Assembly (NCBI GenBank): GCA_002378195.1
Contig: DFRJ01000002.1
Location: forward strand, 329,677 to 393,676
DNA from: Patescibacteria group bacterium UBA3466
GTDB lineage: Bacteria > Patescibacteriota > Minisyncoccia > Phycocordibacterales > UBA918
Length of the DNA: 64,000 nucleotides
Reading direction: 5' to 3'
Within the stretch, counting starts at the first letter, position 1, and every line of letters begins with the position of its first letter. Positions 8,899-18,996 of the stretch are shown here, in pieces. The position numbers and the translations under genes are program-made. Under the pieces are notes generated by a model. The model saw only the letters and a list, made by a program, of their open reading frames with translations. It was not told the DNA's origin and did no database searches.

Positions 8899-10089
8899 TT
8901 AGAAGAGTTTCCACATTTTTTGATCTTCCTCCCCGTCCACCTTGAATACTGCCACCCCCTTGAGGCCATAATCTTCCGCCAACTCGACCTTTTCTTCGAT
9001 TGCTTTAGCGTCACTCCAAGTGATCATTCTGACTGGAATTTCAATACCAGCATAAGTAGCCACCAGAAGAGCTTTAGCCGCTGCTTCAAATCCTTTTGGT
9101 GTATCGTCTGGAGTAGGTAAAGCATTAAAAATTTGCCAAGGGGAATCATCAGGGAAATAGGTTATCACCGCCTCGCCACCATCTGTCCTACCGATTGGTG
9201 AATCGTATTTATCAGCCAGCTCTAGTATCCTAGGCTGGTTTAAAGTAGCCACTAAATCATAGTCTTTGTACCATTCTGGAGCGACAGTAACATCCCAAGC
9301 CCGGCCATAGGTAGCCACTCCGAGCATCACCTTATCTTCATCAAAATCATCCAGAGCAAATTCAACAACTTTCTCCGCCCAATCGATATCAGCTACTGGA
9401 TTGTAAGGCACACCTCGCCTTTCATTATTCAGTTTAATATCAGCTCTCTGCTGGTCATAAGCCATAATTTCTACCCAATCGCAGTGGCGGTTTATAGCTC
9501 GGTAATCATTTGCATATTCAATCTCCGCTGGGACAGCGCGAAACCGTGACTCAGGTGGAGTTCTGGCTTCGATCGTACAAGTCAGCTCGTCTCTTCCCAG
9601 CTCATCCTCCAGCTCTTCTAAAAACTCAGAAAAGTAATCAATGGTTTCGGCCAGCTTTGATTCATAGTCGATGTTGATACCATCAAAATCATTACGCTTA
9701 ACCAGCCTGACGATATCGTCTATATGATCTTCTCTTAAATCATTATCACTTAAGACACTATGTATCGCCTCACCATCAAACCACGCAATGGTTGGAATCA
9801 CCTCAACTCGTCGATCTTCAGCTTCATCCAACAAGTCGTCCCAATGATCATCGTCAAAATCGACACGATTTTTTATATCTCCCAATCCTTCCACCTCATA
9901 AACAAACGGATAAATAATATCGATATCCCTAATGTTATCTAGAGCACTTTCAACACCAGCCTCATCAGCCCACCACGGTATCCAGACACCCACTTCTTGC
10001 CGAGCCTCAGCCACTGCTGGCAAGAAGAAAAAACCGGCTAAAATAATGCCGACATAGAGATGTAGTAATGTATTAACTGATGATCTCAT
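8899..10089 (-). CDS. Secreted glycoside hydrolase family 18 protein
   Basis: Signal peptide; FDGINIDYE catalytic motif; IMAYDQ; KVMLGVATYG; YGLKGVAVF. Confidence 0.85.
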   Translation of the reverse strand: MRSSVNTLLHLYVGIILAGFFFLPAVAEARQEVGVWIPWWADEAGVESALDNIRDIDIIYPFVYEVEGLGDIKNRVDFDDDHWDDLLDEAEDRRVEVIPTIAWFDGEAIHSVLSDNDLREDHIDDIVRLVKRNDFDGINIDYESKLAETIDYFSEFLEELEDELGRDELTCTIEARTPPESRFRAVPAEIEYANDYRAINRHCDWVEIMAYDQQRADIKLNNERRGVPYNPVADIDWAEKVVEFALDDFDEDKVMLGVATYGRAWDVTVAPEWYKDYDLVATLNQPRILELADKYDSPIGRTDGGEAVITYFPDDSPWQIFNALPTPDDTPKGFEAAAKALLVATYAGIEIPVRMITWSDAKAIEEKVELAEDYGLKGVAVFKVDGEEDQKMWKLF

Positions 10090-10139
10090 ATTCTTTAAGA
10101 CGCAAATCATTTCAGTTTCTTACAAATTTTATTAAATTA

Positions 10140-10589
10140 TTACAACAAAGTACGCGCGCTACCCGTCACCACACCCCAAATATAACAATCCTCCATCTCA
10201 TTAACTGCAATTGGTTCATAACCGACCTGCTCGGAGACCAACACCATAGCCCCAGATATCATTTTTAGGCGCTTTACCACCATTTCACCATACACTGCTG
10301 CCACCACAATATGACCATCTTTTGGTGTGACTGATCTGTCCACCACCAGGATATCGTTATCAAAAATCTTGGCTCCTTCCATCGAATCACCAGATACACG
10401 CACAAAAAAGGTGGCCGACTCGTTTTGCACTAGCAAATCATTGATGTTTAGTGACTTTTCCACTAAATCATCACCGGGAGCAGGGAAACCGGCGGCAGGC
10501 TGGCTGGCATACAAAGGATGTTCTGTAGCCTGATTTATATCAGCCATTGAGATGCTTTTAACTACAGTTTCTTTAGGCTGGTTGCTCAT
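10140..10589 (-). CDS. umuD: UmuD, S24 autopeptidase subunit of Pol V
   Basis: AAGFP cleavage site, RVSGDSM catalytic Ser and VVKRL catalytic Lys; no DNA-binding domain. Confidence 0.92.
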   Translation of the reverse strand: MSNQPKETVVKSISMADINQATEHPLYASQPAAGFPAPGDDLVEKSLNINDLLVQNESATFFVRVSGDSMEGAKIFDNDILVVDRSVTPKDGHIVVAAVYGEMVVKRLKMISGAMVLVSEQVGYEPIAVNEMEDCYIWGVVTGSARTLL

Positions 10590-10628
10590 TTCAATAACAA
10601 GTATACCTGAATATTGTTAGAGCGTGAA

Positions 10629-11735
10629 TTAGGCTATAATCGCCCCCGTGGTCAGAAGTGAATGGGCATACCATAGTCCTCCCATACCAATCAGTAACAC
10701 AAATCCGTAGGCAACTTGTTCAAAATGTAGTCGTCTAGCCTCTTGTACTATAGAAACCCCCAACATTGACACAATTAAGACAGATAACGCTAAGTACACC
10801 AGCTGCAACATTGTATTAGGTTGAGTCATAAAGGAAGACAAGGTGGCTCCAGCATGAGACTCGGGAGTATGAGAAACCTGCGCTGCTACCAAACCAGAAG
10901 AAGTGGCAATCACTGGAGCTTCCATCACCACCACTTCTTCACCCTCAGGTGTAGTTGCAACATACACCACATCAGATTCTAGTGATTCTGATCCTGTAAC
11001 ACTATCAGCAGTTTCGTCCGGCTCGACTTCAACCAACACGGGAGGAACCTCCACCTGTTCAGGTACTACCTCAGAAACCGTTTTCTCTGCAACGATGTCT
11101 ACAACTTCAGGCAATGGCGTAGCTGTTTCTGCTACCGCCAACTCCACAGCCTCGGGTTCGATCGTTACTTCAGCTAGTGATTCGGGGATATCATCAACCA
11201 CTGCAGGAGTACCGAATAATTGCACTACATAGACGGTCTCGTAACCATCAAATTCACCTTTGTAGGTACCGACGCCAATTTCTGTGTACAAATTACTAAC
11301 AATGTTCTGACGGTGGGTCGGCGAATCCATCCAGGCTTCAACCACTTCCGAAGAATCGGTAAAGTGAATAGCCAGATTTTCTCCTGCGTGGGCGTAGACG
11401 TAACCCGCTTGATCAAACCAATGCCACGGAGAAACTCCATCTGGACTAAAGTGAGAGAAATACTCATTCTTGGCCATGTGCTTAGCCTTCATTCGTGCCG
11501 CCTCATCAAGCACTGCATTTCGCTTTAGAGGCATGGCAGCATTATCAGCCCGCTCTTCGTTGGTTAAATCAACCACCACTGAAGGCAAAACGGTGGACAC
11601 TAACCACTCTGAAGACTGCCATAAAATTGCGTGCAAATTAGCCCCAACAAATGTCAAAAGGATCAGCGCCGCCATCAGCGTAGCCGAAATCTTTTGCAGC
11701 TTATCCAGTCCCCTTCTGGTGGTTTTTTTAAACAT
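10629..11735 (-). CDS. CAP (SCP-like) domain membrane protein
   Basis: LTNEER..LDEAARMKAKHMAKNEYFSH..AGENLA..WMDSPTHRQNI..YTEIGVG; acidic linker; two C-terminal TMs. Confidence 0.9.
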   Translation of the reverse strand: MFKKTTRRGLDKLQKISATLMAALILLTFVGANLHAILWQSSEWLVSTVLPSVVVDLTNEERADNAAMPLKRNAVLDEAARMKAKHMAKNEYFSHFSPDGVSPWHWFDQAGYVYAHAGENLAIHFTDSSEVVEAWMDSPTHRQNIVSNLYTEIGVGTYKGEFDGYETVYVVQLFGTPAVVDDIPESLAEVTIEPEAVELAVAETATPLPEVVDIVAEKTVSEVVPEQVEVPPVLVEVEPDETADSVTGSESLESDVVYVATTPEGEEVVVMEAPVIATSSGLVAAQVSHTPESHAGATLSSFMTQPNTMLQLVYLALSVLIVSMLGVSIVQEARRLHFEQVAYGFVLLIGMGGLWYAHSLLTTGAIIA

Positions 11736-11793
11736 GAAGCTCTTTAAAAGTTGTATATATTTAACTATAAATAACTATTTTGTCAATATATAA

Positions 11794-11823
11794 CAAAAAG
11801 ACCCTGTGGAAAGGGTCTTTTTG
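11794..11823 (-). terminator. Rho-independent terminator
   Basis: CAAAAAGACCCT-GTGGAA-AGGGTCTTTTTG downstream of the 11838 stop. Confidence 0.8.
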
Positions 11824-11837
11824 CTATCTGACTATAG

Positions 11838-14800
11838 TTAGTCGATATCGACGTTCGAATCAAGGTCTTCTCCTTCAAAGTCAGGATACTCCTCGCTTCC
11901 CGGACAAACTATATCATTGATCTTCCAACGCGTTGTTTTGTAAACAAATCCAGTTGGGTCACTGTGCGGAACAATTCCCTTCTCAAACCAAGGAACTAGG
12001 ATTTCGTCGCTGTAGTTCAATTGGAATTGCTTAACGGCTGCGTCTGTCGCTGCGTCAAACTCACCAGTTACCGCCACGTCGTAGCCCATTACGATACTGA
12101 GGAACATCTGTAGCTTAGTCACTTCCCAACGATCATTTTCCCATCCAACTTGCATGAAATCGATAATGAATGGGCACTGATTCACAGTCGAAGCACCGAG
12201 TACAATTCCTTCTGGAGCTGGTTCAGTTGTTCTGGTTCTAGTTCCAGATGAACTACCGCCAGATGAAGTTTCTTCCTCAGGCTCTTCTGGTTCTTCAGGC
12301 TCTTCTTCCACCACCTGATTTACAAAGTCACAACGGTTACCTTCGTAGATTGGCTCATCAATAACGATCAGAGCCGACAAGCTGTTTCCAATTGTAGTGA
12401 AAATTGATTCGTCCTCGATATAGAACTCACACGACATACTGTCAGTGTCTCCAGTTAACACCTGTAGGTTCTGTCTCACTTCTACTTGCTCATAACCAGC
12501 TGGCATCGCTTCAACCACCACATAGTCATCGCCAAGCAATACGTCGAAGTAATAGTAACCAGTATCATCGGTTGAAGTTGAGGCGATTACATTACCTTCT
12601 CCATCTTCTAGGTAGATAGTCCATCCAGCTTCAGGAACTTCTTGCGCATCTACTAACAAGTACTTGTAACCATCGATTCTTTCAGTCGGCTCTTCAGACA
12701 GAGCGTTGTAGAAGTCACATGTGTATGGTGTCTCATCGTCCATAGACAAGCCTTCGCTACCATACTGCTTTGGATCAAATTCTAGATAACAAGATTCGTA
12801 ACCTTCGCCATTAATGAAGTCATACTCACCTTCATACTCGACTCCGACCTGGTACCAGCCTAGTTGCATAACTTCTGAGACTTCATAATCTCCAACTGGT
12901 GCGTAGAAGTAGTAGTAACCACTGTCGTCAGTTGTAGTTGAGGTGATAAGTTCTTGGTCTTCGTAAAGCTCAATTGTCCAGCCAGCTAGCGGTGTTGCGT
13001 ACTCTGGATCGCCTTCAAACTTATAACCTTCGATCAACATCATGTCTGACGTATCATCGTCACAAGGAACGATAGTTTCTTCATGAATGTCAAAACGGAA
13101 TCCGTCAGATTGAGTATCGACCCACAGTCGGAAGTCTACTCCGTCATAATCTGGAGTCGCGACATCTGAACCATCGTCAGTCGGAACGTTATTAGTTTCA
13201 GAGTGATTCTCTAGCTTGAAACTACCTGAAAGATTACTGAAGTTAGTAATTCCTGCGTCTCGTACTTCAATTCGAGCGTCAATCCATTCATTGTTGGTAT
13301 TACCTCCAGGATTATGCTTACCGTACAACGCCACCTTAACTGTTCCACCTTCTCGACTCACAAACAGACCTGATTTATTACCTGGGTCATCGAAGTTAGT
13401 CACCGTGTGCGGGTCGTTGATCATGGTTGCTGAGGTCTCTCCAGATTCGATAATAGAAACTGGGAACCATTCACCAAATTCAACTGTAGTGTAAGCAGCA
13501 TCACCAAGGATAACTTGCTCATTTAAATGTCCGTTACCAGTATTACCAGTTTCATTCAAGATTACTCGTGCTTCCACAGTCGCCTTACATTCCGGACAGT
13601 TATACTCTTCACCATTGTTTACCTCCACAGCCACAGCGTCTTCACCAGTGGTTAGGTAAAACTCGAAATCTACTCCCTCGTCACCATTCTTATCGAAGAT
13701 GTCAGGATAGCTACTATCCTCAGGATCCTCTAGTTCCCAACCAGGAACCGGACCTCGATCTACTGCCCCAAGATCAATACCTTGAGTCATAATGTTTCCA
13801 AAGGCATAATCGAACTGAGATCCATTATTTCCTCCGCTGATAGCTAACCGGAGATCAGTGCCGTTTCTTTCAACTGCAATTCCGTCCACATCAAGCGCAA
13901 AGCTATTGATAGTTGCATCTCCCACCTCGTCAAAATTGAACCAGGTTCCGGCAGGAATCACATTGTCTTCGTCTCCTAGGTAAATATTCCCATCAAATGA
14001 TACTGATTCAGGAGCATTATCAAGCGAGATCTTTACTAGACGTAAGTCAGTACACTGATTGTCGAGCGTACAATAATCTGTACAGTCGGTGTCACCCGGC
14101 TCACACATTTCCCATCCAGTTACTTCACCGTCACCACAATAAGAGGCGTAGTCTGGCTCCTCAGGCTCTGGCACGTAAGGAATCTCACACAAATCTCCTT
14201 CACCTTCAATTACCAGTTCGTAATACAGTCCAGCCGGGTTATTGGCAGGATTACTGTTACCTGCAAAATTTTCCACCACTACCGACAATTCGTTATTTCC
14301 ACTCTGAATTAGGCCAGTAACATCATACTCCTTAGTAGCAGTATGGTTCACACCACCCAATTCTTCTCCGGCCAGAGCGTCGTTTAGTGAGGCAGAGAAA
14401 TTATTGTCAGCCGCGATATACAGGGTAGCTTCAGTCAAAACGTCACCATTCCAACCAAATTGATTTACAAAAGTCTGTGTTTCTGACTCACTCGGGTTTT
14501 GCGGACCTTGATCTCCCCAGATCCACTCTGCAAGTGGCAATGATTCAGTCCAATTGTCATGGATAAAATCTAGCACTACTGCAAGAGCTCCGTCCTTTTC
14601 AACCACCGTATTTGTATCATCACTCTTAATTGTCACTGTACACTGGGTTGGTACTTCTGGCTCTTCACAGCTTCCGTCAATAATAGTAATCGCGTCAAGA
14701 TCGAAACCGTCACCGTTTGATCCTTGCACACCATTTGACTGGTCCACCAACTTAACAAACTTAACAAAGTCCAGATTGGTATCAGCAATATCAACAGTTC

Positions 14801-16493
14801 CGTCTCCAGTAAGAGTATCGGCTAGTTCGAAGTTAATTCCATCCTCAGACAGATAAACATCAATCATTTCCCCTGTAGCATCAGTGCCTCCGGTAATTTC
14901 CCAGATAGCAATATCTGCACCGGCCTGATCGACAGCGATCTTGTTATCGAATTCATACACCAATTCTCCATTGATACCCATTGAATAGAAGTCTAATGGA
15001 TTCACTTCCCAATCACTCCCCTCGCTACCAAAGAAGTTTGAATATGGTGCTACACCAGCTTCAACAGCTGCCACATCACCTCTAGCAGCATCTACAGCAC
15101 CACCGCCATTTGTTAGACCTTGAATGTGAGACACCACCTGCCCTTCGTAAGTACATACTGACGGAGCTTCGGGCTCTTCTGTTTCTTTCAAGAAGTAAGC
15201 TCGAGCCACCGGTGTGAGCTGTTGCACGAAAGAAGGTGCAACTTGTAGGGTGCTGAGTGCTAGTTGAGGCACTTCTGGGATGTCGATGTAGTCATACTGA
15301 CCATCAATGTCATTAACTACAATACTTGGACCAGCATTGATGTTGTCAGTAAAGATGTGTGGGATGTCGGCACCTTCGTTATGTGTACTGGTATTGGCAA
15401 TATTAAGCACTGAAGGTGATGTAACCTCAAAACCTGGCGCCACATTAATACCGTGCCAGCCGTTATTTTCGGTTGTAATATCACTTGCGTCTACAGTCGA
15501 ACCGTTAACCACGATTCCACTACCTTCAAAATCCTTAACAGTTACATTTTCTAGAGTAATATCGATTGATTCGTAGATATTAATTCCATGCAATTGCTCA
15601 GGCCAAGGCTGATCACCACTGCTCATCAACACAACATCTTTTACAGTCACACCGTCAGTATTGGTAATACCCAACACAGCGTTGTTACTATTGCTAGTTT
15701 TCACAAACTGACCGTCTACGGTAAAACCGTTACCGTCTAGCACAATCGCCTTTGTGATGCTTGTTTGTTCTGTAGTAGAGATGTCAGCTGTCAGCTCAAT
15801 TGTTTCTCCAGCTTCAGTTGTAGCTGCATCAATTGCTTCTTGAATAGTCGCAAAAAATAGATCATCCTCTACATTTCGAACCGTTCCTGCAGGTGCAATT
15901 GGAGTACCGGTAACTACAACATTATCTAGCTTGAACACCTCGTTACTAGTGAAGAAAGCGTTAAATTGTAGCAGTACGCTTGGCTTATCATCCATATCAG
16001 ATGACAAATTGATCTCAGTTAGCGTCCAATCAGAAGTATCGTCACCATCGCCGTCAGAGTAAGTTTTTACTACATCTGCGCCAGTTGGAATAGTCCCTGG
16101 AGTAGCTCGCAGTGTAACACTTTCGCCTGCTTCCAGGTTATCAAGCTGGTAGTAATATGAAACCTTGATGTCTTCATATCCCACAGTTGAAAAACCTGCC
16201 CGTAGTAAAGCATCGGTTGGTGAGGTGGTAGATACCTGGGCGCGGATGTTTCCTTCTTGTGCTCCAGCCGCATTGTTTACGGTTGCCCAAGCGTCACCGA
16301 CTAAAGCTCCGATCCAGTTGCTAAAATCTTCAGTCTCAAAACTGTCTGAAAACAGTACGTCTGGTGCAGCCGCCTCAGCAACATTAAAATTGAAAAAAGT
16401 CGCAGGCACTGCGCTCACTAGTAATGACACGATAGTAAGAGCGGCAAATAGCTTTGCCGAAAATCTCCCCTTCGTCAGAGAATTAATATTCAT
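11838..16493 (-). CDS. 1551-aa mosaic cell-surface protein (beta-helix, lectin-like, Cys-rich repeat, two SdrD-B/CnaB-like domains, C-terminal peptidoglycan-binding-like domain)
   Basis: Signal peptide; TIQEAIDAA/LDGNGFTV beta-helix start; AEWIW jelly-roll; YCGDGEV..EMCE; two GWTI.L..TTDD.GYYYF repeats; EVTKLQMFL..VTGEFDAATDAAVKQFQ. Confidence 0.8.
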   Translation of the reverse strand: MNINSLTKGRFSAKLFAALTIVSLLVSAVPATFFNFNVAEAAAPDVLFSDSFETEDFSNWIGALVGDAWATVNNAAGAQEGNIRAQVSTTSPTDALLRAGFSTVGYEDIKVSYYYQLDNLEAGESVTLRATPGTIPTGADVVKTYSDGDGDDTSDWTLTEINLSSDMDDKPSVLLQFNAFFTSNEVFKLDNVVVTGTPIAPAGTVRNVEDDLFFATIQEAIDAATTEAGETIELTADISTTEQTSITKAIVLDGNGFTVDGQFVKTSNSNNAVLGITNTDGVTVKDVVLMSSGDQPWPEQLHGINIYESIDITLENVTVKDFEGSGIVVNGSTVDASDITTENNGWHGINVAPGFEVTSPSVLNIANTSTHNEGADIPHIFTDNINAGPSIVVNDIDGQYDYIDIPEVPQLALSTLQVAPSFVQQLTPVARAYFLKETEEPEAPSVCTYEGQVVSHIQGLTNGGGAVDAARGDVAAVEAGVAPYSNFFGSEGSDWEVNPLDFYSMGINGELVYEFDNKIAVDQAGADIAIWEITGGTDATGEMIDVYLSEDGINFELADTLTGDGTVDIADTNLDFVKFVKLVDQSNGVQGSNGDGFDLDAITIIDGSCEEPEVPTQCTVTIKSDDTNTVVEKDGALAVVLDFIHDNWTESLPLAEWIWGDQGPQNPSESETQTFVNQFGWNGDVLTEATLYIAADNNFSASLNDALAGEELGGVNHTATKEYDVTGLIQSGNNELSVVVENFAGNSNPANNPAGLYYELVIEGEGDLCEIPYVPEPEEPDYASYCGDGEVTGWEMCEPGDTDCTDYCTLDNQCTDLRLVKISLDNAPESVSFDGNIYLGDEDNVIPAGTWFNFDEVGDATINSFALDVDGIAVERNGTDLRLAISGGNNGSQFDYAFGNIMTQGIDLGAVDRGPVPGWELEDPEDSSYPDIFDKNGDEGVDFEFYLTTGEDAVAVEVNNGEEYNCPECKATVEARVILNETGNTGNGHLNEQVILGDAAYTTVEFGEWFPVSIIESGETSATMINDPHTVTNFDDPGNKSGLFVSREGGTVKVALYGKHNPGGNTNNEWIDARIEVRDAGITNFSNLSGSFKLENHSETNNVPTDDGSDVATPDYDGVDFRLWVDTQSDGFRFDIHEETIVPCDDDTSDMMLIEGYKFEGDPEYATPLAGWTIELYEDQELITSTTTDDSGYYYFYAPVGDYEVSEVMQLGWYQVGVEYEGEYDFINGEGYESCYLEFDPKQYGSEGLSMDDETPYTCDFYNALSEEPTERIDGYKYLLVDAQEVPEAGWTIYLEDGEGNVIASTSTDDTGYYYFDVLLGDDYVVVEAMPAGYEQVEVRQNLQVLTGDTDSMSCEFYIEDESIFTTIGNSLSALIVIDEPIYEGNRCDFVNQVVEEEPEEPEEPEEETSSGGSSSGTRTRTTEPAPEGIVLGASTVNQCPFIIDFMQVGWENDRWEVTKLQMFLSIVMGYDVAVTGEFDAATDAAVKQFQLNYSDEILVPWFEKGIVPHSDPTGFVYKTTRWKINDIVCPGSEEYPDFEGEDLDSNVDID

Positions 16494-16616
16494 ATTTATT
16501 CAGTCTAGTCTGTTAAGTTTTTATACACGGCATCCCAAATTTGTCGCGTAGGAGAATATTACTCTACTGACACGAATTTGCAAGTTGGAACACACAATTT
16601 ATCTGTTGACAAGACT

Positions 16617-17537
16617 CTAACGATCAGCCTCTTTTGCCGGCATACGCCGCACCGACTGGATTGAAGCACAAACGCTTTTATTGGTGCTAGAAGCCACTAA
16701 TTCAGCCCTCTCCGGCACACCAGCTCTTATTTCTATCTCGTCGGCATGTTCACGCATTCTTTTTATAAACATATCTCGCTCGTAACGCATCTCTTCTAAG
16801 GACATCGCCCTATCCATCATCCACGGAAAAGCGCCGCAGGCATAAAATCTACCGCTATCAACATCAGATGATCGACCGATCAGTCTAACTATTTTCTGCG
16901 TAGCCAATAGAGTCAAATCACGCTCGTTTAGCTCACTCACATCCATTACCCAGCGCCCACCATCAACGTCAACAAACACTACTGTCGTACTAGGTACCGT
17001 ATCCTCAAACACTCTCTGACCTAATAGACGACCTTCCGCTGGGGCTTGCCAGAGCTTTTGCTCCATCTTTTCTTGTGACATGTACATTTTGATATGAGTA
17101 CCGAGAGCATTATCAACCACATGCCCCAAATCGCTCGCCTGTAACAAAACTCCGACTACCACGCTCATAGCAACACTACTCCCTACAATCATCCAAGCTG
17201 GATACCTGTAACCCCTCACTGTGTGTCTTATATTAAAGGTTGCAAAATAGGCCATCAAACCAAACACCAAAAACCATAAATACGGCAAAGCTTCCACCAT
17301 AAATGTTAGCCAGTTGTCATGGGTTGCCTCATAAAAAGCATACTGACGGTTCATTACCACAAAGAGAGATACGGCTACGGCCATGGCCCCAACCACCACT
17401 GACAACACCCAAAACAACCAGACCGAACACTCTCGACACAGGAAAAAGAATCGTGACTTTGGACACACCTGCTCTGACTCGATTCTTTTAAAGAGCGCGT
17501 CTTTCAGATTATTCTCGTTTTGATCTGGCTTTTTCAT
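16617..17537 (-). CDS. Membrane protein, probable anti-sigma/ECF partner
   Basis: Three TM helices plus an extracytoplasmic domain; begins 14 nt downstream of the ECF sigma gene. Confidence 0.6.
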   Translation of the reverse strand: MKKPDQNENNLKDALFKRIESEQVCPKSRFFFLCRECSVWLFWVLSVVVGAMAVAVSLFVVMNRQYAFYEATHDNWLTFMVEALPYLWFLVFGLMAYFATFNIRHTVRGYRYPAWMIVGSSVAMSVVVGVLLQASDLGHVVDNALGTHIKMYMSQEKMEQKLWQAPAEGRLLGQRVFEDTVPSTTVVFVDVDGGRWVMDVSELNERDLTLLATQKIVRLIGRSSDVDSGRFYACGAFPWMMDRAMSLEEMRYERDMFIKRMREHADEIEIRAGVPERAELVASSTNKSVCASIQSVRRMPAKEADR

Positions 17538-17551
17538 AACTATTCACAACC

Positions 17552-18136
17552 TTATATACGTAACTTCTCAGTATTTAATACATTTTGTAGCTGCTTTTTG
17601 CCTCGATGCAATAGCGTACCCACTGACCCCACCGGTATCTTCAAAATATCAGATATCTCATCGTATTCTTTATGTTCAAAAAAACGCAATATGATTACTT
17701 CTCGATACTTATTATCAAGCTGTAGCAATGCTCTATTTAAAACCTCCGCATTGATACCCTGGTCAAACACCACGTCCGCGGCATCTTCCTTCGCGCTCAA
17801 AAAAGAAATAACTTCTTCTCCATCAGCGATCAAATGTCCTTCAGGACGCACATTCTTCTTCCGATACCAACTAATCGCCTCATTGTGGGCAATCCGATAG
17901 ACCCACGAAGAAAACTTCAGAGAAGTATCGAAGCCATTGATATTGCGATAGGTTTTCAAGAAAATGTCTTGTAGGACATCACTTTGGTCTTCTGGATCCC
18001 GTACACCTAGACGGGCGATATACCTAGTTAATTTTGCTTGATAGCGATCCACCAAAACACCAAAGTGCTCTTTGTCACTAATAGTTAACTTTACGATCTC
18101 TTCATCGCTTGGTGGAAGTTCGGGTGTACCGTCCAT
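17552..18136 (-). CDS. ECF-family (sigma70 group 4) RNA polymerase sigma factor
   Basis: DVLQDIFLKTYRNINGFD..KFSSWVYRIAHN (region 2); YREVIILRFFEHKEYDEISDILKIPVGSVGTLLHRGK (region 4). Confidence 0.93.
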   Translation of the reverse strand: MDGTPELPPSDEEIVKLTISDKEHFGVLVDRYQAKLTRYIARLGVRDPEDQSDVLQDIFLKTYRNINGFDTSLKFSSWVYRIAHNEAISWYRKKNVRPEGHLIADGEEVISFLSAKEDAADVVFDQGINAEVLNRALLQLDNKYREVIILRFFEHKEYDEISDILKIPVGSVGTLLHRGKKQLQNVLNTEKLRI

Positions 18137-18407
18137 AAAATAATGTATCCGTGTCTAACAATAGTTGCATGAAACGGACTTAAATTAAACCAGTGCTGAT
18201 TAATAGTACGCTAAGAGTTCGTTAAAATTTCGAGTATCGCCATTCAGGCCGCTTATTTTCACATGCTCCGATGTCCACCCAACCAAACCGAGCACTCAAT
18301 CCCCTCAGGCGCTCAAATATGCGGCCTACACGACTCCATTGTCAAACAACAGTACTTATGCCACTATGCGCATATTCATACCAACCAACAAAATGGAGAG
18401 GATGACT

Positions 18408-18905
18408 ATGAATAGTGTTCTAAAGACTGTAAGTCTGATAATTTTAGCGACAATTGTACCCCTATCTGGCTGCGACAAAAAAGAGGAAGTGCTGCCACCG
18501 GACAACATCATCAAGGAAGAGGTGGCCACACCTGCACCCGCACCAGAGCTGGCGCCGCCAGTTGAGGCTGTAGCTATATCAAATGCAGACATCGCCGGTC
18601 GGCCGTTACCACAGGACGAAATCGTCATCGACCAGGAAGAGGTGGCTGAAATGCTCACCGAAGAAGTAGCGAACGAGATACTTCAGTCCGGCACCGTGGT
18701 ATTCATCTTCAATGATGGCTCGGCTAACACTGAACTGGTAGTAGATGTCTATCACTGCATCAGTGACGATGAAGTTGATCAACAGTGTGTCCAAAATGAA
18801 GCAGAAAAAGTCATTCCTGGCACCGCTTACCGTCGTACGGACTATTGCATTAACAGTTGCAGCTCCAAAGGTCAGTCCGAGATCACGCGAGTGATTGAAG
18901 GCTAA
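18408..18905 (+). CDS. Hypothetical lipoprotein-like ORFan
   Basis: SD GGAGAGG before ATG 18408; lipobox-like LSGC; Pro/Ala linker; Cys-rich C-terminus. Confidence 0.65.
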   Translation: MNSVLKTVSLIILATIVPLSGCDKKEEVLPPDNIIKEEVATPAPAPELAPPVEAVAISNADIAGRPLPQDEIVIDQEEVAEMLTEEVANEILQSGTVVFIFNDGSANTELVVDVYHCISDDEVDQQCVQNEAEKVIPGTAYRRTDYCINSCSSKGQSEITRVIEG

Positions 18906-18928
18906 AATAACCAAAGAAAAGCTGGTCC

Positions 18929-18950
18929 AGCCGCCTAAAGGCGGCTTTTA
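18929..18950 (+). terminator. Rho-independent terminator
   Basis: AGCCGCCT-AA-AGGCGGCT followed by TTT. Confidence 0.7.
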
Positions 18951-18996
18951 CTTTTAGTATTGAAAATTACAGTTATTTATGGCATAATCACGACCT

